This document shows, piece by piece, positions 40,601 to 55,604 of a DNA stretch of 64,000 bases (position 1 is its first letter; the number at the start of each line of letters is the position of its first letter). This stretch comes from the human T2T-CHM13v2.0 reference genome, Homo sapiens. The stretch is from NCBI RefSeq assembly GCF_009914755.1, contig NC_060927.1, one strand, 5' to 3'. A program made the translations under genes and the position numbers. The notes beneath the pieces were generated by a model. It saw nothing but the letters and a program-made list of their open reading frames with translations, was not told the origin of the DNA and made no database searches.

Positions 40601-42204
40601 ATGCTATTTTTATCAGGTCTTTTGATTATTTAGAAAACTGAGCATCCTCTTTATCAATCTGTAAAAGCTATTGCTTTGTTAAATTTTTAAATTATTACTC
40701 TGGTTAAATAAACTACTATTATTTCCACAGTGACATGTGATCCTATTTTTATGAGATATTTTAAACCTTTTATATATTTGACAGGCTTCAAAAATCAAAA
40801 TTTAAATTCTAAATTAAGTTTTTTTTAAGCTCAAACTAACTTTGGGATGTTGTAGAGGGCCCTGGAGGCATTCAAAAGAGAGATAATAGACAGGCTTATT
40901 TGATATGTTAAATTATACCGGAAGCATTATCAAATAAGAAATGTTTCACCTTCTTTGAGTTATATTTGTATAAATGTATTGTTAATATGTGTTCCAAAAT
41001 TGTATGAGATTCCTAGAAATCTGGTACGTTAAATTATTGTAGGTCACAGAAAACAACCAAATTTATTTCTTAATTGAATATTTAACTATGGCCATTTTAA
41101 CTTTTGAGATCCACAGTAAATTGCTGTATTCTGATACATTTATTCTAAAAAGCTTTTTGCAAATCCTAAAATTTTGTGTTTTCAAGGAGGTTCAGGAAAA
41201 AGACTACAATGAGTACTCTTAAATACAGGTTTCTGACAACTTTGAGATCATACCATTGCACAGAGTAAAAATTTCAAAAACTCTAATTAAAAAAACCTAG
41301 ATTCATAAAATTACTAACCTAACATCAAGCAGAAAAGAATTAATTACATGTGACTAAACTAATGAAGAACTGAAATAATTGTTTTTAATTTTTTTTGTTG
41401 AAACGTTGCTGATTCTTTTTTGTTTTCCAGAGTCAAGAAAACTTATTTTTTTCTTTTAAGCTATTTATAGCTTGCATAAATTAGGTAAAGTATACTTTTG
41501 TGAGCAAAATTGAAACATTTAGCTTTCTCTATCTGATCCCCCCAGAATTCAAAAACTATTTGTGAATATTCTCATTTTACACAATATGTTTATCTTCATA
41601 AGTTCAGTAAGAATCTGTTTCTTTTGTAACAGGAAACACAGTTGGACACACTGATTATTTTAACCAATGCTTTGACCTAAATGTTCTATTTTCAGTTGTG
41701 ACCAGATGGCTTAGAGGAATAGATTTCACTTTTTAAAGCCAATAGACTTTTAAAAAGACTGGCCTAGTACCTTTTCTTTAAAGTTCCCTTATAAGATTCC
41801 TGATTTTGCAGTAAGTAAAGAATAACACTTTTTGACAGGCTCAGGAAATTCAAGATATTTGGGGCCCTCAAGAAGAAAGGAATTCTCTCAATTCATGCAG
41901 GAATTGCAGACACAGTATTTAGCTTGGCTCCTAAGCCTCAAGAAAAATTTTGAAGTCTAATCTGAAGTTCCTTATGAGAAAGTTTCAGCAAAGCCATCTT
42001 AAAAAGAGCCCACATGGCCAATCGCTATTGTTCCTGCACTTTATGCAAATAATCAGGCCAAGTATAAGACTAAAACTTATTTTGTAAATAAATTGGTCTT
42101 CTTTTCATTTATCCTTGATAGAATGGAGGACTGGAGAGAGAAAAATTATGTTTCAAAAAAACTGATAGTATACTTGTTATTAAATTCCAGCTCATTGAGT
42201 TTTT

Positions 42205-42464
42205 TTGTTTGTTTGTTTTCTTTTTGAGATAGGGTCTTGCTCTGTCATCCAGGCTGGGCTCAAGGGATCTTCCCACTTCAGCCTCTCAAGTAGCTGGGAC
42301 AACAGGCACATGCTGCAATGCCTGGCTGACTTTGATTATTTTCTGTACAAATGCAGTCTCACTATATTGTCCAGACTGGGCTTGAACACCTGGGCTCAAG
42401 CGATTCTCCTGCCTCAGCTTCCCAAAGTGTTGGGATTTACAGGTGTGAGCCACCATGCCCAGCC
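42205..42464 (-). mobile_element. AluJ with an internal deletion, nested in the provirus
   Basis: GAGATAGGGTCTTGCTCTGTC...CCCAGCC; TSD TCATTGAGTTTTT / TCACTGGGTTTTT. Confidence 0.92.
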
Positions 42465-45400
42465 TCACTGGGTTTTTGAGGTTTCATTACTGACCTCCAA
42501 TCTGTACTTAGTCCTAAATTTTTAGTCCTCTCCAATATCTGACGGTGACTCTCCAGACTAACATTTTTAATTTTTCTCCTGCCCTCTGACTTAAAGTTAT
42601 TAGAAATCACAATTATGCTCTTCTTAAGCCCTACAAACTGAAGCTAGACAACTTGGTATAAATTTTGAGAGAAATCATCACAGTAACTTATATACAAACA
42701 GTCTTTATGCCTGTTGATGTATAGACTACTAAAAAAAGTTCATGGGAATACCTGATTTAAACTACAATACAGGAAAATCTGTCAGATGGCCACTGCCTGC
42801 CCACTCCAAATGAAGATGCTTCAAAGACTCTAGGAAATCTAGTTTATAGACTATGCCAGACATTTTTTGTTTTCCTTTTGTTTCCATAGAAATGCCTCTT
42901 ATTAAAGATCTGTTTGCCTGCATTATATACAGAGGCCTAGCTTTGACAGCACATCTGGAAAACCACCTCCTGAAACAGGACACAGCTGTAAAGGAGCTAA
43001 TCTATTCTCAGGACTAAGAGACTGATTCAAGAAGATACAGGCTGCTTGTTCCAATCCATGTTTTTTTCCTTCTCCTTTACCAATTTTTATCTCACAACCT
43101 TTAACCCAAATCTCTCCATAATTACCAATCCTACTTTTGATATGTGAATATTTCACCCCAAAATATACTTCTTTGACATATTTCAAGAAGGCTATTCAGA
43201 AGGCTTGCAGACAGGAATAGCCCTGAAAAGTTGCCTTTTGTGGAGGAGATTTGCATTTGTAGAGAAAAATCTATATTACTGAAATAAATAGCCAGGCTTT
43301 CTCTGAGGTGCTCCCTCTTCTCCAGGTCTAGGAAAAATTAACTCGACCACACGCTACTATCTATTCTTTCTGAGAGCTGCTCCCTGTGAGGTTTCATCTA
43401 CATAATAAGACCAACTTTGTTAGCATGACTTTGCTCTCTCTCCCTCCCATAGCCTGTCTTGTCATACTTCAAGCCTCTATTCTTTCTGTAACCTCAAGAT
43501 GATATAAAAGCATCAACCACCTGGCCCTTTCCTTGAGTTCGCATATTTCGTATGGCTAATGTGCACACATGTTCACGTTAATACATTTTGTACATCTTCT
43601 CTTCTATTAATCTGCCTTTGGTCAGTTAATTTTCAGCAAACCTTCAGAGAGTGAAGGGAATGTTTTCCATTGGCCCCTACACTTGCACCAAAATGATTAG
43701 CCTACCATTTCATAAACTTTAAAAGATGCCACTTGGTGCCCGTACTTAACATGGAAGTCTGTCACTCTAAAACACAGTTTGGGATACATTTACCATAGAA
43801 TTAAACCACTAAATTTGGGTGGTGGGGGGAGTGTCAAGATAATTTCTATAGGCTAAGGGATTAGAATACGGGATCTGTGGGCCCCAGTGTATAGATGCCA
43901 GTGTGAGGATCGGAAGCCTTAGAATTTGGCAGTAGCCCAGGCACTGACTGACCTTGCTACATGACCTTGGACAAGCCTCCATTTCTTTAACTACAGAGTT
44001 TTTGAATAATTATTTAACATAATCAAATAATTGTTGAATCTCAGTTTACTATTTATAGCAAATTAGTTAAAATTATGCTAAAAAATAAAAACAATATTTT
44101 CTGGACATTTATCTTTGGGATTAAAAAAACACGTACTAAAAAATTTTATCTTTTTATCCAGTCATAGAAAGTTGAGAAAATTGGACATATCTGTTCATTT
44201 GAACTAAACTGTATTACATAAGCCTGTGTGCTAGCAATATGTGGGATTCTGGAGTGCACACTCTCCTCAAACCACCAGGGATCATTATTTGAGCTGTTTG
44301 GCAAAGACTAGAACAAGCTGGCTCTAATGCAGAATGTCAAGTGGCAATGTTTCTTGGTGTCCCAAAATTGTGCCAAAGGCCCAAAGCCAAGGACAAAGGC
44401 ACTAAGGAGTCTTTCTTAGTACAGAGAGCTAACAACATCTGTCTGCAGCTGGAGCCAAGGGGGGACCTTAAGACTGACTGAATCAATCTGGCATCTGATG
44501 ACATGCCACTCTGGACTCAAGATAATACAGGAGGAGGGAAGGGAGTCTGTAAATTGCAGGGAGTGCAGCCTCCATGGTGAGACACTAGGCCTTCCCTGTG
44601 AGAGACAGCAAGTGCTTACTGTCCCCAAAGTCAAATGAAGTGGGACAGGGCACACACTGATCAGTAGTTTGTGGAACTAGTACAACAAACTTTCAATATA
44701 TGAGAAAACTCATAGTCCTTTTGATAAGCAGAGTAGATAGAAATGCAACTTTATGGACAAAAGACATGCTAATTGTAGACTATACAGGCATTCCTGGTGG
44801 GTGTGGAGAAAAGGTGAAGGACATACCAACCCTTGCAGGGGTGGGCCAAACAGGACATAGTCATTTCTAGCCCACTTTCTTACTTATAAAATGCAGAACT
44901 TTTATTGAGTAGTTTCTAGAATCCCTTTCAGCTTTCTGAGTTTATAATTAGATATAAAAAGTGGACTGCTCAGTGGTGAAGTTTGTGGTGTCTAGAGAGG
45001 AAGGCAGCCTCCTACTCTACAGATGGGTTGCCTCTTACCGCCCACCTCCAACTTCTCGATGGCCCAAGCATCAGAAGGTGTTTACCAGCAAGTTGCTTAG
45101 AACATGGAGCCCAGAAAAGTGTGGAGATTTACCAGTGTTGCATCGCTAGTTAATGAGCTTTTTCAATAAACTGGTTCTCCTAAGTGCCTGTCCAGAGCTG
45201 AACCTTAATCAGATGCAGAGTCATGATGACACTCCCAAGAGACATGCCCCCTGCCATAATCTCATCCAGCTGCTATGGGATCAAGGGCTGCAATTTCAGT
45301 GGCCACTGCCCCTCCTGGGCTATTTGATTTGCTATTTGTTGACAATAGCAACCTGGTCTTGTTCTCCTTCCTCTACCACTATTCTTTCCTCCCATCCTTC

Positions 45401-47171
45401 TACAATTCGCCAGCCCCTCTCAAATATTTGATAATAATATTCTCTGTAACATTTTACAGTTGACCACATGCTAGTGCCTAAGATCATGTTATCTAAATTC
45501 CACCATAGATTCATGTTGTGGTTATGGACAGCTGTACTGACTCCTTTTACAAAGGAGTGTATTGAGAAGGAGAAAGGCACCCTACAAGGGGCAAGGCTAG
45601 TAAATGGCAGAAGTGGGCACACATTCCCAGTGTTTGCCCTCCCATCTATGTTCTTATCCACTCTTTAAGACTAGATTTTTTGAAATAAGAAACTGTACTT
45701 TGTTACAGAAAATAGAGTTTTTGTGCTTAAAATCCAAACTATGTTGGTGTTGGATCTTTGACCTTCCAAATCCACCTAATAATGATTTGCACTCTGACTG
45801 CAACCTCACTGCTGTTGTCCTCATTCACTTACATCTGCTGGAGTGGCAGGTGTTTTTGTTGTGTGTGTGTGTTTGGTTTGTTCCCATTGCTTCAGGCAGT
45901 TCCTAACACTTAGGAGAGGTTCAAGAAATATCAGTTGAATGAGTGAACAAATCAACCAGCATTAAAAAAACCACTATGCACTCTTTTAGAGTTGAAAACA
46001 TAGCTGAAGGCATGCCTCCTTGTGAAAAGTTATTTTTAAATAAAATAGAATCATTCTAACAGATTAACTTAAACCTAATGGAGAATTGTGATTTTTGTCG
46101 AGAAGATGTTTGGCTTCTTTTTTGTTTTCCCTCTTTCCCAAAACACTGCTAGAATTGACTGACAGAACCCCTTCTCAGTACTAGCCTGAAGGTGAACTGA
46201 GAATGTAGGAATTTGTTAATACTTGAGTGTGTCTGTGTGTGTGTGCATACATGCACACACAGGCACACTTCATAAAGGAAAGAGAGGAGGGGAGGTGATA
46301 GACAAGCAAGAATAGGAAGGAAAAACCCCAGGAAGCAGCCTCCCAGCATTTTGCCACTTAAAGAAGTTGATATGAAGCAAGTAAATTCAGGGAAGCTTTG
46401 GTTCTATTGCCAATGGGACAGATTCCAGGATGACAAGGAAGAGTCTCAGAAGGCTGAACTACTAGATGCCATTTGGCCAATGGTCTGGATGCTCACATTT
46501 CTCACAAAGCTCTCATCTGGAACTGCCTCAAGTGTCTTCCTCTGTATATCATATAAGCAATTATTCTAACTTTGTTGCATAAATTGATTCAGGGGCAAAA
46601 CTTCTCAGAGCATTGCACTGCTGATTCCTCATGAAGCGTGAACAAAAGTCTCTTGGCCTAAGAGATATTTACAAAAGACATTTCAATAGCATGGGGTTCA
46701 GTCAACTGAAAATGAATACATCCGACTGAATTTTAAAATCATTTGATAAAAATAGTTGGATTTGAATATAAACACACCTGTCTCATCTCATTCATTCATT
46801 CATTTGGTAAGCTCCTATTTTGTTCTGGGTCATTTATTTTTCATCCTCTTCCCACCCCCCGCCCACCCAATTTGAGGGACAGTGATATGCAAATGAAGAG
46901 AGCTGCCTAGCTCCTGGCACTCTCTGATGAAGGACATACTGGGCCTGTCATTGGGAGCATAGCAGACTCTAAGAGTTAAATACCTCCACCTAATCACTGC
47001 AGAGTCTGCCTTCCAGCCAAGATCACCTTGGAGAGGTTAGCCGAGCTTCGAAAGAATGAGATAAGACTGCCATTTTTAGATTATTGAACAGCACAGTTAT
47101 TATTTTAGAGCTTTGTTTAGGATATGTTGAAGCAACATATCATAACATCTAATATTTACACAGCACTTTCC

Positions 47172-47522
47172 CAGAGATGTAAACTATTGGTCAAAATACC
47201 AACTTTGGCTTACTCTCAGGCTTTTGTTGAGCCCACTCAGTATTTTTTTAATTAAATTAGTTGCCATCATTTAAGATTTGGGCAACTTTACATAAAAATC
47301 TGGATTTCCAGTTTCTCTTAAGAAACCATAAGACTTTCTCATTATTAGGCCCTTGTTTCTTCATTAAACAAAATCTCTGGAATTGAATGGCAGCCGCCCT
47401 TTTTAGATGGGGCATGGCAAATCTAGTTCACCACAGCCCCTGCCACTCTCTATTGTCTTACACACAACCCATTACAAGTCATTTATATTATCTGCCTGCA
47501 CCATTTGAATCTGTAACTTCTG
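47172..47522. mobile_element. hAT-Charlie relic (MER102-like)
   Basis: TTAGTTGCCA.CATTTAA...TACATAAAAATCTGGATTTCCAG.TTCTCTT...TTTAGATGGGGCATG. Confidence 0.65.
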
Positions 47523-48824
47523 CTTTTCACTCAACATACTATTTCTGAAAATGTTATTTTTATTTCTGATTGGGTATCCGTGTATATTTGTTATTAATTT
47601 TGAAACATTATGCATCTGTGAACAATGTATCAGTTAAAAAATTCACAATTAGTGTCTTTAACTTTTACCTTCAGTCTCTAGGTATATAATTAGGGTTTTG
47701 AATGGTATTTCTTATCTCAGATTTTTTTATTTAAGTGCCAGTGCTGAAGACAATCAGTGGTAATATTCTCCTTCTGAAAGAGGAGATGTTTGACTCATTC
47801 TGTGGGAATTACTAAAAGATACATAAGGTATCCCGTAAGCCTTCACTTACTTCCTTGTCTTATGTAAGGAAAAGAGCAGAATCCAGAGGAATATCATCAA
47901 AATAAAAAGGGCTGGAGAGGGAGATTTTGCACCCTCCCACCCCAAACGAAGGAAGGGGGAACTTAAAGAGCATCTCTTAGAAAGCTTAGGGATGCCAGCA
48001 GAGAGGAGAGCCTGGCATCAATCTCCCTATCTGGAGAGTCTTTGCCTTCTGAAGGATCAGCTTCCTGCCAAGGCCAGATCCCCTCCTGACTACAAGATGC
48101 CAGCATTTTTTACTATTATATATATTCAGCTACATCCTGAAGGAAAGAGGGTCTCAGTTCCAGCATTTCAAGAAAAAGGCCTGATATTTACTCCTATTGA
48201 ACTAACTAAGGCACACTCCAGCCCTGAGCCAATGACTGCGGAGAGGGGAGGAGTGGAGAGGTGGAGGCAGCAATGGCCTCAGTCAGTCAGAGTCCATCAC
48301 TCTCAAGCATTGAGCCTTGGGAGTAGGGAGGTACAAATGAATACAAATAAATTGGAAGGCGGATGTGAATTGAGTAGGTAATCAATATTTGTTCTATATA
48401 GAAGCAAGTAAAGATGGTTAAGTAAGAGTGGCATGATTGGATTTGTGTTTTTGAAAAGTCCTTTTGGCTGCAGTGTGAAGTTTTAAATGGAGGAATGGGT
48501 ATCTTTTCTATAAATGAAGCCTTTGCTATATTTGAGAGTAAAATATTGGCCTTTAGTATATACCTGGTCCTTATACACATGTAAAAACTGGAAACAGTCA
48601 AAAAATGAAGGCAAACATTTTCTGACATTGTCAAACATCTCTAAATATTGTTGATGTGCCTTCAGCCTATTAAAACCACTGTTCTGAAAATTACACTGTC
48701 AACACGAATGTAATTTCCCATCTGAAGAACACTGAGAATAGGTTTGGGTCATAACTGTATCTACAAAATTTGACTTGTTTTCCAAAGAAATAAATTTCTT
48801 AGCTTCTATTTGCACCTAAGTACA

Positions 48825-48925
48825 TACACATTCACACACCCTCACATACACACTCATGCACTCACATGTACTGACACAGACACACACAATCACATACTCA
48901 CACTCTCATGCACACACATACACTC
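48825..48925. repeat. Degenerate CA-rich low-complexity repeat
   Basis: Interrupted CACA/CATA/CTCA runs. Confidence 0.8.
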
Positions 48926-48927
48926 CC

Positions 48928-49455
48928 TTTTTTCCTTTCTTTTTAAATTTTTATTTTAGATTCAGGGGGTACATGTGCACATTTGTTACATGAGTATGTT
49001 TCATAATGGTACTGACTGGGCTTCTAGCGTAACTGTCACCCAAATATCGAACACTGTGTCCAATAGGTAAATTTTTCAACCCTCATTTCCCTCCCACTCT
49101 TCCACCTTTTGGAGTCCTCAGTGTCTATGATTTCCACCTTTGTGTACATGTGTACCCATTGTTTAGCTCCCACTTATAAATGAGAACATGCAATATTTGA
49201 TTTTCTGTTTCTGAGTTAGTTCACTTGGAATTATGGCTTCATTCATGTTGCTGCAAAGGACATGATTTCACTCTTTTTTATGGCTGCACAGTATTCCATG
49301 GCATATTTATACACATTTTCTTTATCCAATCAACCATTGATGGACCCTTGGGTTGGTTCCATAACTTTGCTATTGTGAATAGTGCTGCAATAAACTTATA
49401 AGTGCTGGTGTCTTTTTATATAAAGATTTCTCTTCCTTTTGGTAGATAGTAGGAT
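48928..49455 (-). mobile_element. 5'-truncated L1 (PA16/PB-like) 3' end
   Basis: TTTTATTTTAGATTCAGGGGGTACATGTGCA...GCTCCCACTTATAAATGAGAACATGC...CATGTTGCTGCAAAGGACATGAT; ACACTC-T-run on both flanks. Confidence 0.92.
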
Positions 49456-49939
49456 ACACACTCTTTTATATACACACATCACGGCATTTTAATATGCCAA
49501 ACTCAGGGTGAAGAGCACCATTCATTACTCTGTAGGACTCAGAATGGAAGAAAAAAATGATGAATATTTATTTGGGTTCAGTTTTTTAAATCTTGCCAGC
49601 TTACTTTTATATTCAAGAAGAGAAGAGAGATCAGTCTGGGTTTGGGGATTCAGGTCTCGGAAATTTCCATCTTCATTACACATTCTAACTGTCTGGGGAA
49701 AGGCACTTTGCACATTTCTGCTTTAGCCTGCTCAGTCGGCCTGCAAAAGCTAGAGTCTGTAAAAGAGAAGACATCATCAACTTTCTTGGACTCCAAACTG
49801 GAAAAAAAATTTAAACCTATATTTATGCTATTATATTAAAACAAGAAAGGTAGGGATAATACCATGTTAGTAATAAAAATAATGGAACAACAAGTGAAGT
49901 AGGATGTGGCAGCATCTGAAGTTTAGCCTGGGGCAACTC

Positions 49940-50085
49940 GGACAACTTAAGTTTTAGCCCCAGCTCTGCCACTATCAGAGGAGATTGGGCGCGTTCAGGG
50001 TAGTATGGCCATAGACACTGCCAGTAACTATCTAAGACACTTTGGTTGAGTCCCTTGAACTTTTTGAGTCCAATTTTTAAATTCC
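49940..50085 (+). mobile_element. MIR fragment interrupted by a 5S rRNA copy
   Basis: GTTTTAGCCCCAGCTCTGCCACT ... AACTA...TTTGG..GAGTCCCTT.AAC...TGAG. Confidence 0.6.
49974..50016 (-). pseudogene. 3'-truncated 5S rRNA retropseudogene (first 43 nt)
   Basis: Reverse complement GTCTATGGCCATACTACCCTGAACGCGCCCAATCTCCTCTGAT vs 5S rRNA GTCTACGGCCATACCACCCTGAACGCGCCCGATCTCGTCTGAT (4 mismatches); flanked by CTGCCACTA / CTGCCAGTA. Confidence 0.95.
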
Positions 50086-50467
50086 ATGATTACAGAAGTC
50101 CTTTTCAGATTCAAAGTCTTACTAATGTAATTGGGTAATAATGGGGTAGGTCGATTTTCTTTGAAGAGTTTGACCATATCCAGTTCCTAGCAATTGCATG
50201 CTCTAGGTAGCCACACACCAGTACTGGAAGACTAGTTGCGGAAATATCTGAAGCACAAATTCAGACCCCTCTCTCTCTGCTATGCTTTTCTTTCTGGGAA
50301 GCCTGTGCCCACACACTGAGGGGAGGTTAGAAACAAGGAAATGTGGTAGGGCATCTGTACGACTGGTCCCTTCCCAGGGATGAAAGTGAAAAACAGCCAC
50401 AGCAGCATCTGTCCTTCAAGACTGACTGCATCCTGCTCAGTGCCAGGTAAAAAGATGTTTTGTGTGA

Positions 50468-50873
<406 letters not shown>

Positions 50874-51999
50874 TAGCAGGTTAAACATGATGATGTCAAA
50901 TAGCAATATAGCTCAGTTTTCAGTTCCAAACCTAGAAAAACCTGAGAAGTAGGAAACACATGTGTGTGAGTGTGGGGTCCCTCCACCTTTACTCCAACAC
51001 CAAGTCTCCTCAGTGACCCCAGATTCTCAGGGTTTTCCACAATAGCACTCCATAATGGCAAAAACCTCAGAAGCCTTTGCCCTTTTGTCCCTTTCAAAAC
51101 CCAGGTGTCCCATGTTTCTATTTGCCAGAAAAGCCATTATAAGATGGATGTCCCCATATTTAACTTGTGCAAATTGAATTATACACAGTTAAAAATAGAA
51201 AATACATATTTCCATAACCACAAGCTAAGTACCTCTTCTAATGTTCAATAGAAGTGGAGTCGTCTTTTGCAACTCTGGAGGAAAAACTGTTGTGTGAGGT
51301 TTAGAAATAGGCAACGGTATCCACAGAAAAACCAGCCCAATGTATTTATGGACCCAGCACCATGCAACTCATGTGTAACTCAAGGTAAAAATTTAACATG
51401 TAATAAAAGCTTTATATCCTGCCCATTAGAAGTTATTTTTCTATTTTAACAGGGCTCCTCAGTACAAAACTGGAGTTAATATAATTTTCATTACCTACAG
51501 GATAAGTGACCACAATTTTTATTATATTAACCACAGGATTAGTGACTATAGCAATATGGCCCCACCTGCCTCATCTCCCTCCCTACAGGCCTGGACTCCA
51601 GCCCCTCTGGTCTTTTTCATTCTGAAACCTACCCTATGCTCTCTAATTTTCTGACTTTCTCCATTAAAACAATATAAACTCATGAAACTCTGAGTTCAAA
51701 AAATATGAAGCAGCAACATGCAATTATATAAATATTCATTTTCTAGACTTTTATGTACATAAGACATAAAATCATTCCATATAAACAATTATATTTATTC
51801 CCTTATTTTTCCCTTAATGCTATAGCATAAGCACTTCCCCATAACATTACATTCTCTTTGTAAAAATCATTTAAACAGGCTGTGTGACAGCCCATCCTAT
51901 GACTATTTGGCATGGTACTTAGGTGTTCCCTTATGGTGTCAAGCATTTCAGTTGTTTCCATTTTCCACTGTGGTAATGTGTACTGAGCATATGCACTTT

Positions 52000-52360
52000 A
52001 TGCCTCTCTGCTGTCTAGTTGCTGCCTGCCTGTCACATCTTTCCCTCTGCTCTCTGCCTGGCAAACTCCCACTTACACATCAAATCCCAACTCAAGTGTC
52101 ACCTGTTCTCCGTACTAACCTATTCTGTAACTAAGGTCCCCAGGGTTAGTTACTTTCTATTTTGGGTTTTCACATCACTTTGAGTAAATCTCCACTACAG
52201 TACCTTTGACAATGTGTAATATTAACATGTTGGAACAATTCTTCCACCAAAACGTGAGCTTCCTGACTGTAGAATCATGTCTTTTTCATCTTTCTAACCA
52301 TGTCATCTAGCACAGTGCCTGACATGTAGTGAGTGGGCAATAAACATATGCTGAATTAAA
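52000..52360 (+). mobile_element. L2 3' fragment
   Basis: TGAGCTTCCTGA...CATGTCTTTTTCATCTTT...TCTAGCACAGTGCCTGACATGTAGT...CAATAAA.AT.TGCTGAAT. Confidence 0.8.
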
Positions 52361-52723
52361 GCATTTCAGGCATTTCACCAGGATCTTCGGGTCCCAGTGC
52401 TAACTTTTCCAGAACTCTCCAATTGTAGCATTCATAAATTATTTCCATTCATTTTTTCTTCCATCCATGCTAGAGGCCTGGTTGGTAGGAATAATTTGAT
52501 AGATAATAGAAAAGCAAATTATGTATTCCAGAGAAAGAAATCTAGTTCGTAATGAAAGCACCAAACCAGTAATCAAAATTTGCACTAACTACTTCTTGGG
52601 TGAAATCAAATGAAGTTTTGTCATTAAAAATGTCAAATCTGTAAAACTTTTCTTAGACCCTGGAAACTACTAGAAACACAGAAATGGCATTTTAGTGTGA
52701 GTTCAAAAAAGGTCTCCTGACCC

Positions 52724-53041
52724 TGTCTTCATCCATCAGGCTGCTGTAACATATTACCTTAGATTGGGTAATTTATCAATATAAATTTATTGCTCACAGT
52801 TCTGGAAGCTGAGAAGTCCAAGATCAAGGTGCCAGCGGATTTGGTGTCTGGTGAAGACTCTGTGCCTCACATGGCAGAAGGGGCGTGGCATCTCCCTTCA
52901 ACCTCTTTTATAAGAGCACTAATCCCATCCCCACCCTCTTGATTGAATCATCCCCTAAAAGCCACATGTCCTAATACTATTGCATCGGGGTTAAGTTTCA
53001 ACCTTCGAATTTTGGGAGATGCCAGCATTCAGGCTGTAGCA
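52724..53041 (-). mobile_element. MST/MLT1A-type MaLR LTR
   Basis: AAATTTATTGCTCACAGTTCTGGAAGCTGAGAAGTCCAAGATCAAGGTGCCAGC...CATTCAGGCTGTAGCA. Confidence 0.87.
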
Positions 53042-53427
53042 CACCCAGCTCCACTATCTGCTTCGCTCTTGCTCCCTGATGGCTCTCGATCATGTTCTTG
53101 TTCATTTTTTGTGCGCTCTCATCCAAAGCCTGGGGCTATTTTACAGCCAGTATTAGTGGCCGACATTTAGGAAGTAATTATTTCTGACTTACATATAAAT
53201 GGCCTTTATCATTGCTTTCTAAATTTGCCTGTGAGGTGTTCATTCTGGGGGTTCTCACAAAGGGAAAAATTATAAGTTTCACTTAAATCAGAAACACTGC
53301 TTATCTCTATAAATTTTACGTATGCAGATAACTTTGAGTTCCACTAAGAAAGATAAATGTATATAACACTAGGTAAAAGAGTGTTCTGGTAGTGGTACTA
53401 TGGTCTTTCTTTTATGTATTAATTTAC

Positions 53428-53976
<549 letters not shown>

Positions 53977-54382
53977 TAAATAAGCCATGAAAATATGTAG
54001 ACACAGGGATGGAAATGATGGCACTTAAAAAGAAGGGGATAGACAGGTGTATTATCTATGCTCCATCTCAAAGTCCACCTCTTGCACATAACCTGCCTTG
54101 AAACTCCAACCCGAAGGAGTCTCTCCTCTTGATGATAGCCATTTATTTTAGCAAATTGTTTATAAATGGCCCTTTCCATTTCACATTTTAAAAGTTATTA
54201 CTGTCTTTCAACTCATTTTAACTTTCTCTGAAAAGGACTCCACCCTCTGTTTGAGTCCCTTGTTGAACCTGGCAAGTTCTGAGCACATACATAGTAGAAA
54301 CTTCAAAAATTTTAATACACTCTTTAATCCCAGAAAAGCTTCATATTGTTAAAATGCTTCCCAAAAATCTCACAAAGAAAGG

Positions 54383-54769
54383 TGGTGGGCTGAATTGTGT
54401 CCCTCCAAATTTCATATGTTGAAGCCCTAACCCCCAGTTCCTTAGAACTTAAACTGTATTTGGAGATAGGGCCTTTAAAGAGGTAATTAAGCTAAAATGA
54501 GGCCATTAGTGTGGGGCCTAACCCAATATGGCTGGTGTCCTTGTAAGAAGGGAAGATTAGGACACAGACATACCCAGAGAGAAGACCATGTGAAAACAGA
54601 GGAAGAAGACAGTCATCTACAGCCAAGGAGACAGATCTCAGAAAAACCAATTCTGCCAGCACCTTGATCTTGGACTTGTAGCCTCCAGAACTGTGAGAAA
54701 ATGAATTTCTGTTGCTTGAGCTACCCAGTCTGTGGTACTTGGTGATGTCAACCCTAGAAAACTAATACA
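54383..54769 (+). mobile_element. MLT1B-like LTR
   Basis: GGGCTGAATTGTGTCCC...TCATATGTTGAAG.CCTAACCCCCAG...CCTCCAGAACTGTGAGAAAAT...AAACTAATACA. Confidence 0.9.
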
Positions 54770-55573
54770 GAGGGCTTTACCTTCCATTAATTTGATTAAT
54801 AAATAGTGAGAAATTTGTAATTAACAAAATAAACTGATTCATGAAATCTCATTTGTTTGCCTTATAAATTTTTTCTTCCTTCATAAAGAGAATGTTCCAA
54901 AATTCAAACTTCTTAACCTCAAACCTCAAGACATTTGCAATTTCAAATCTATTTACTAGTCTATGTCTATTTGAAAACTTATTATGAAAATAAACTATTA
55001 ACTGGTTCTAGTATGGCTTTAGTTCTGTGCTTATTTATTTCTAAAAGTCAGAAGGTAAGGAAGGTAGAGGGAAAGAGGTGGAAGGTGAATCTTTTGCATG
55101 TAGAGTGCCTTCAAATTGAGACTGCCCTTTGCTTTTCCCATGACCTGTATAACCAACCCCTATCCCCACCCCTCACCTACCACTCCCTCATGTGGAGCAA
55201 AAGCCAGTGTCTAAATCTGTGGCCATTTTGGCCCCAGGTTGAGGTGTGGCTCTATTACAGAGTTGTCTAGCTTTCCAGACAATGACTTTCCAGATCTACC
55301 AAACTTCTCTCAGGCTTTCCCAGAAGCTATGGCTTTACACTACTGTTCTCAGTTAAGGAGTGCCTGCTTCCACCAGTACCTTCCAGGGCCACACGGAACC
55401 CACTTACCACCATTCAAGGTGAGCTCACACTATGACAGCCTAGGACAAGGATCTTTCTCTACACAGACATTGACTGGTTAATTTAACATGATCTTCAAGC
55501 AAGTAACACAGTAGGAACTTCATGCACTAGTATACTATCTGGAGGGAAAAAAGAAAATTTTTCCTCAAATTCC

Positions 55574-55597
<24 letters not shown>
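55574..55597. repeat. Poly-A run (24 nt)
   Basis: Homopolymer not attached to any retroelement I could recognise. Confidence 0.9.
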
Positions 55598-55604
<7 letters not shown>

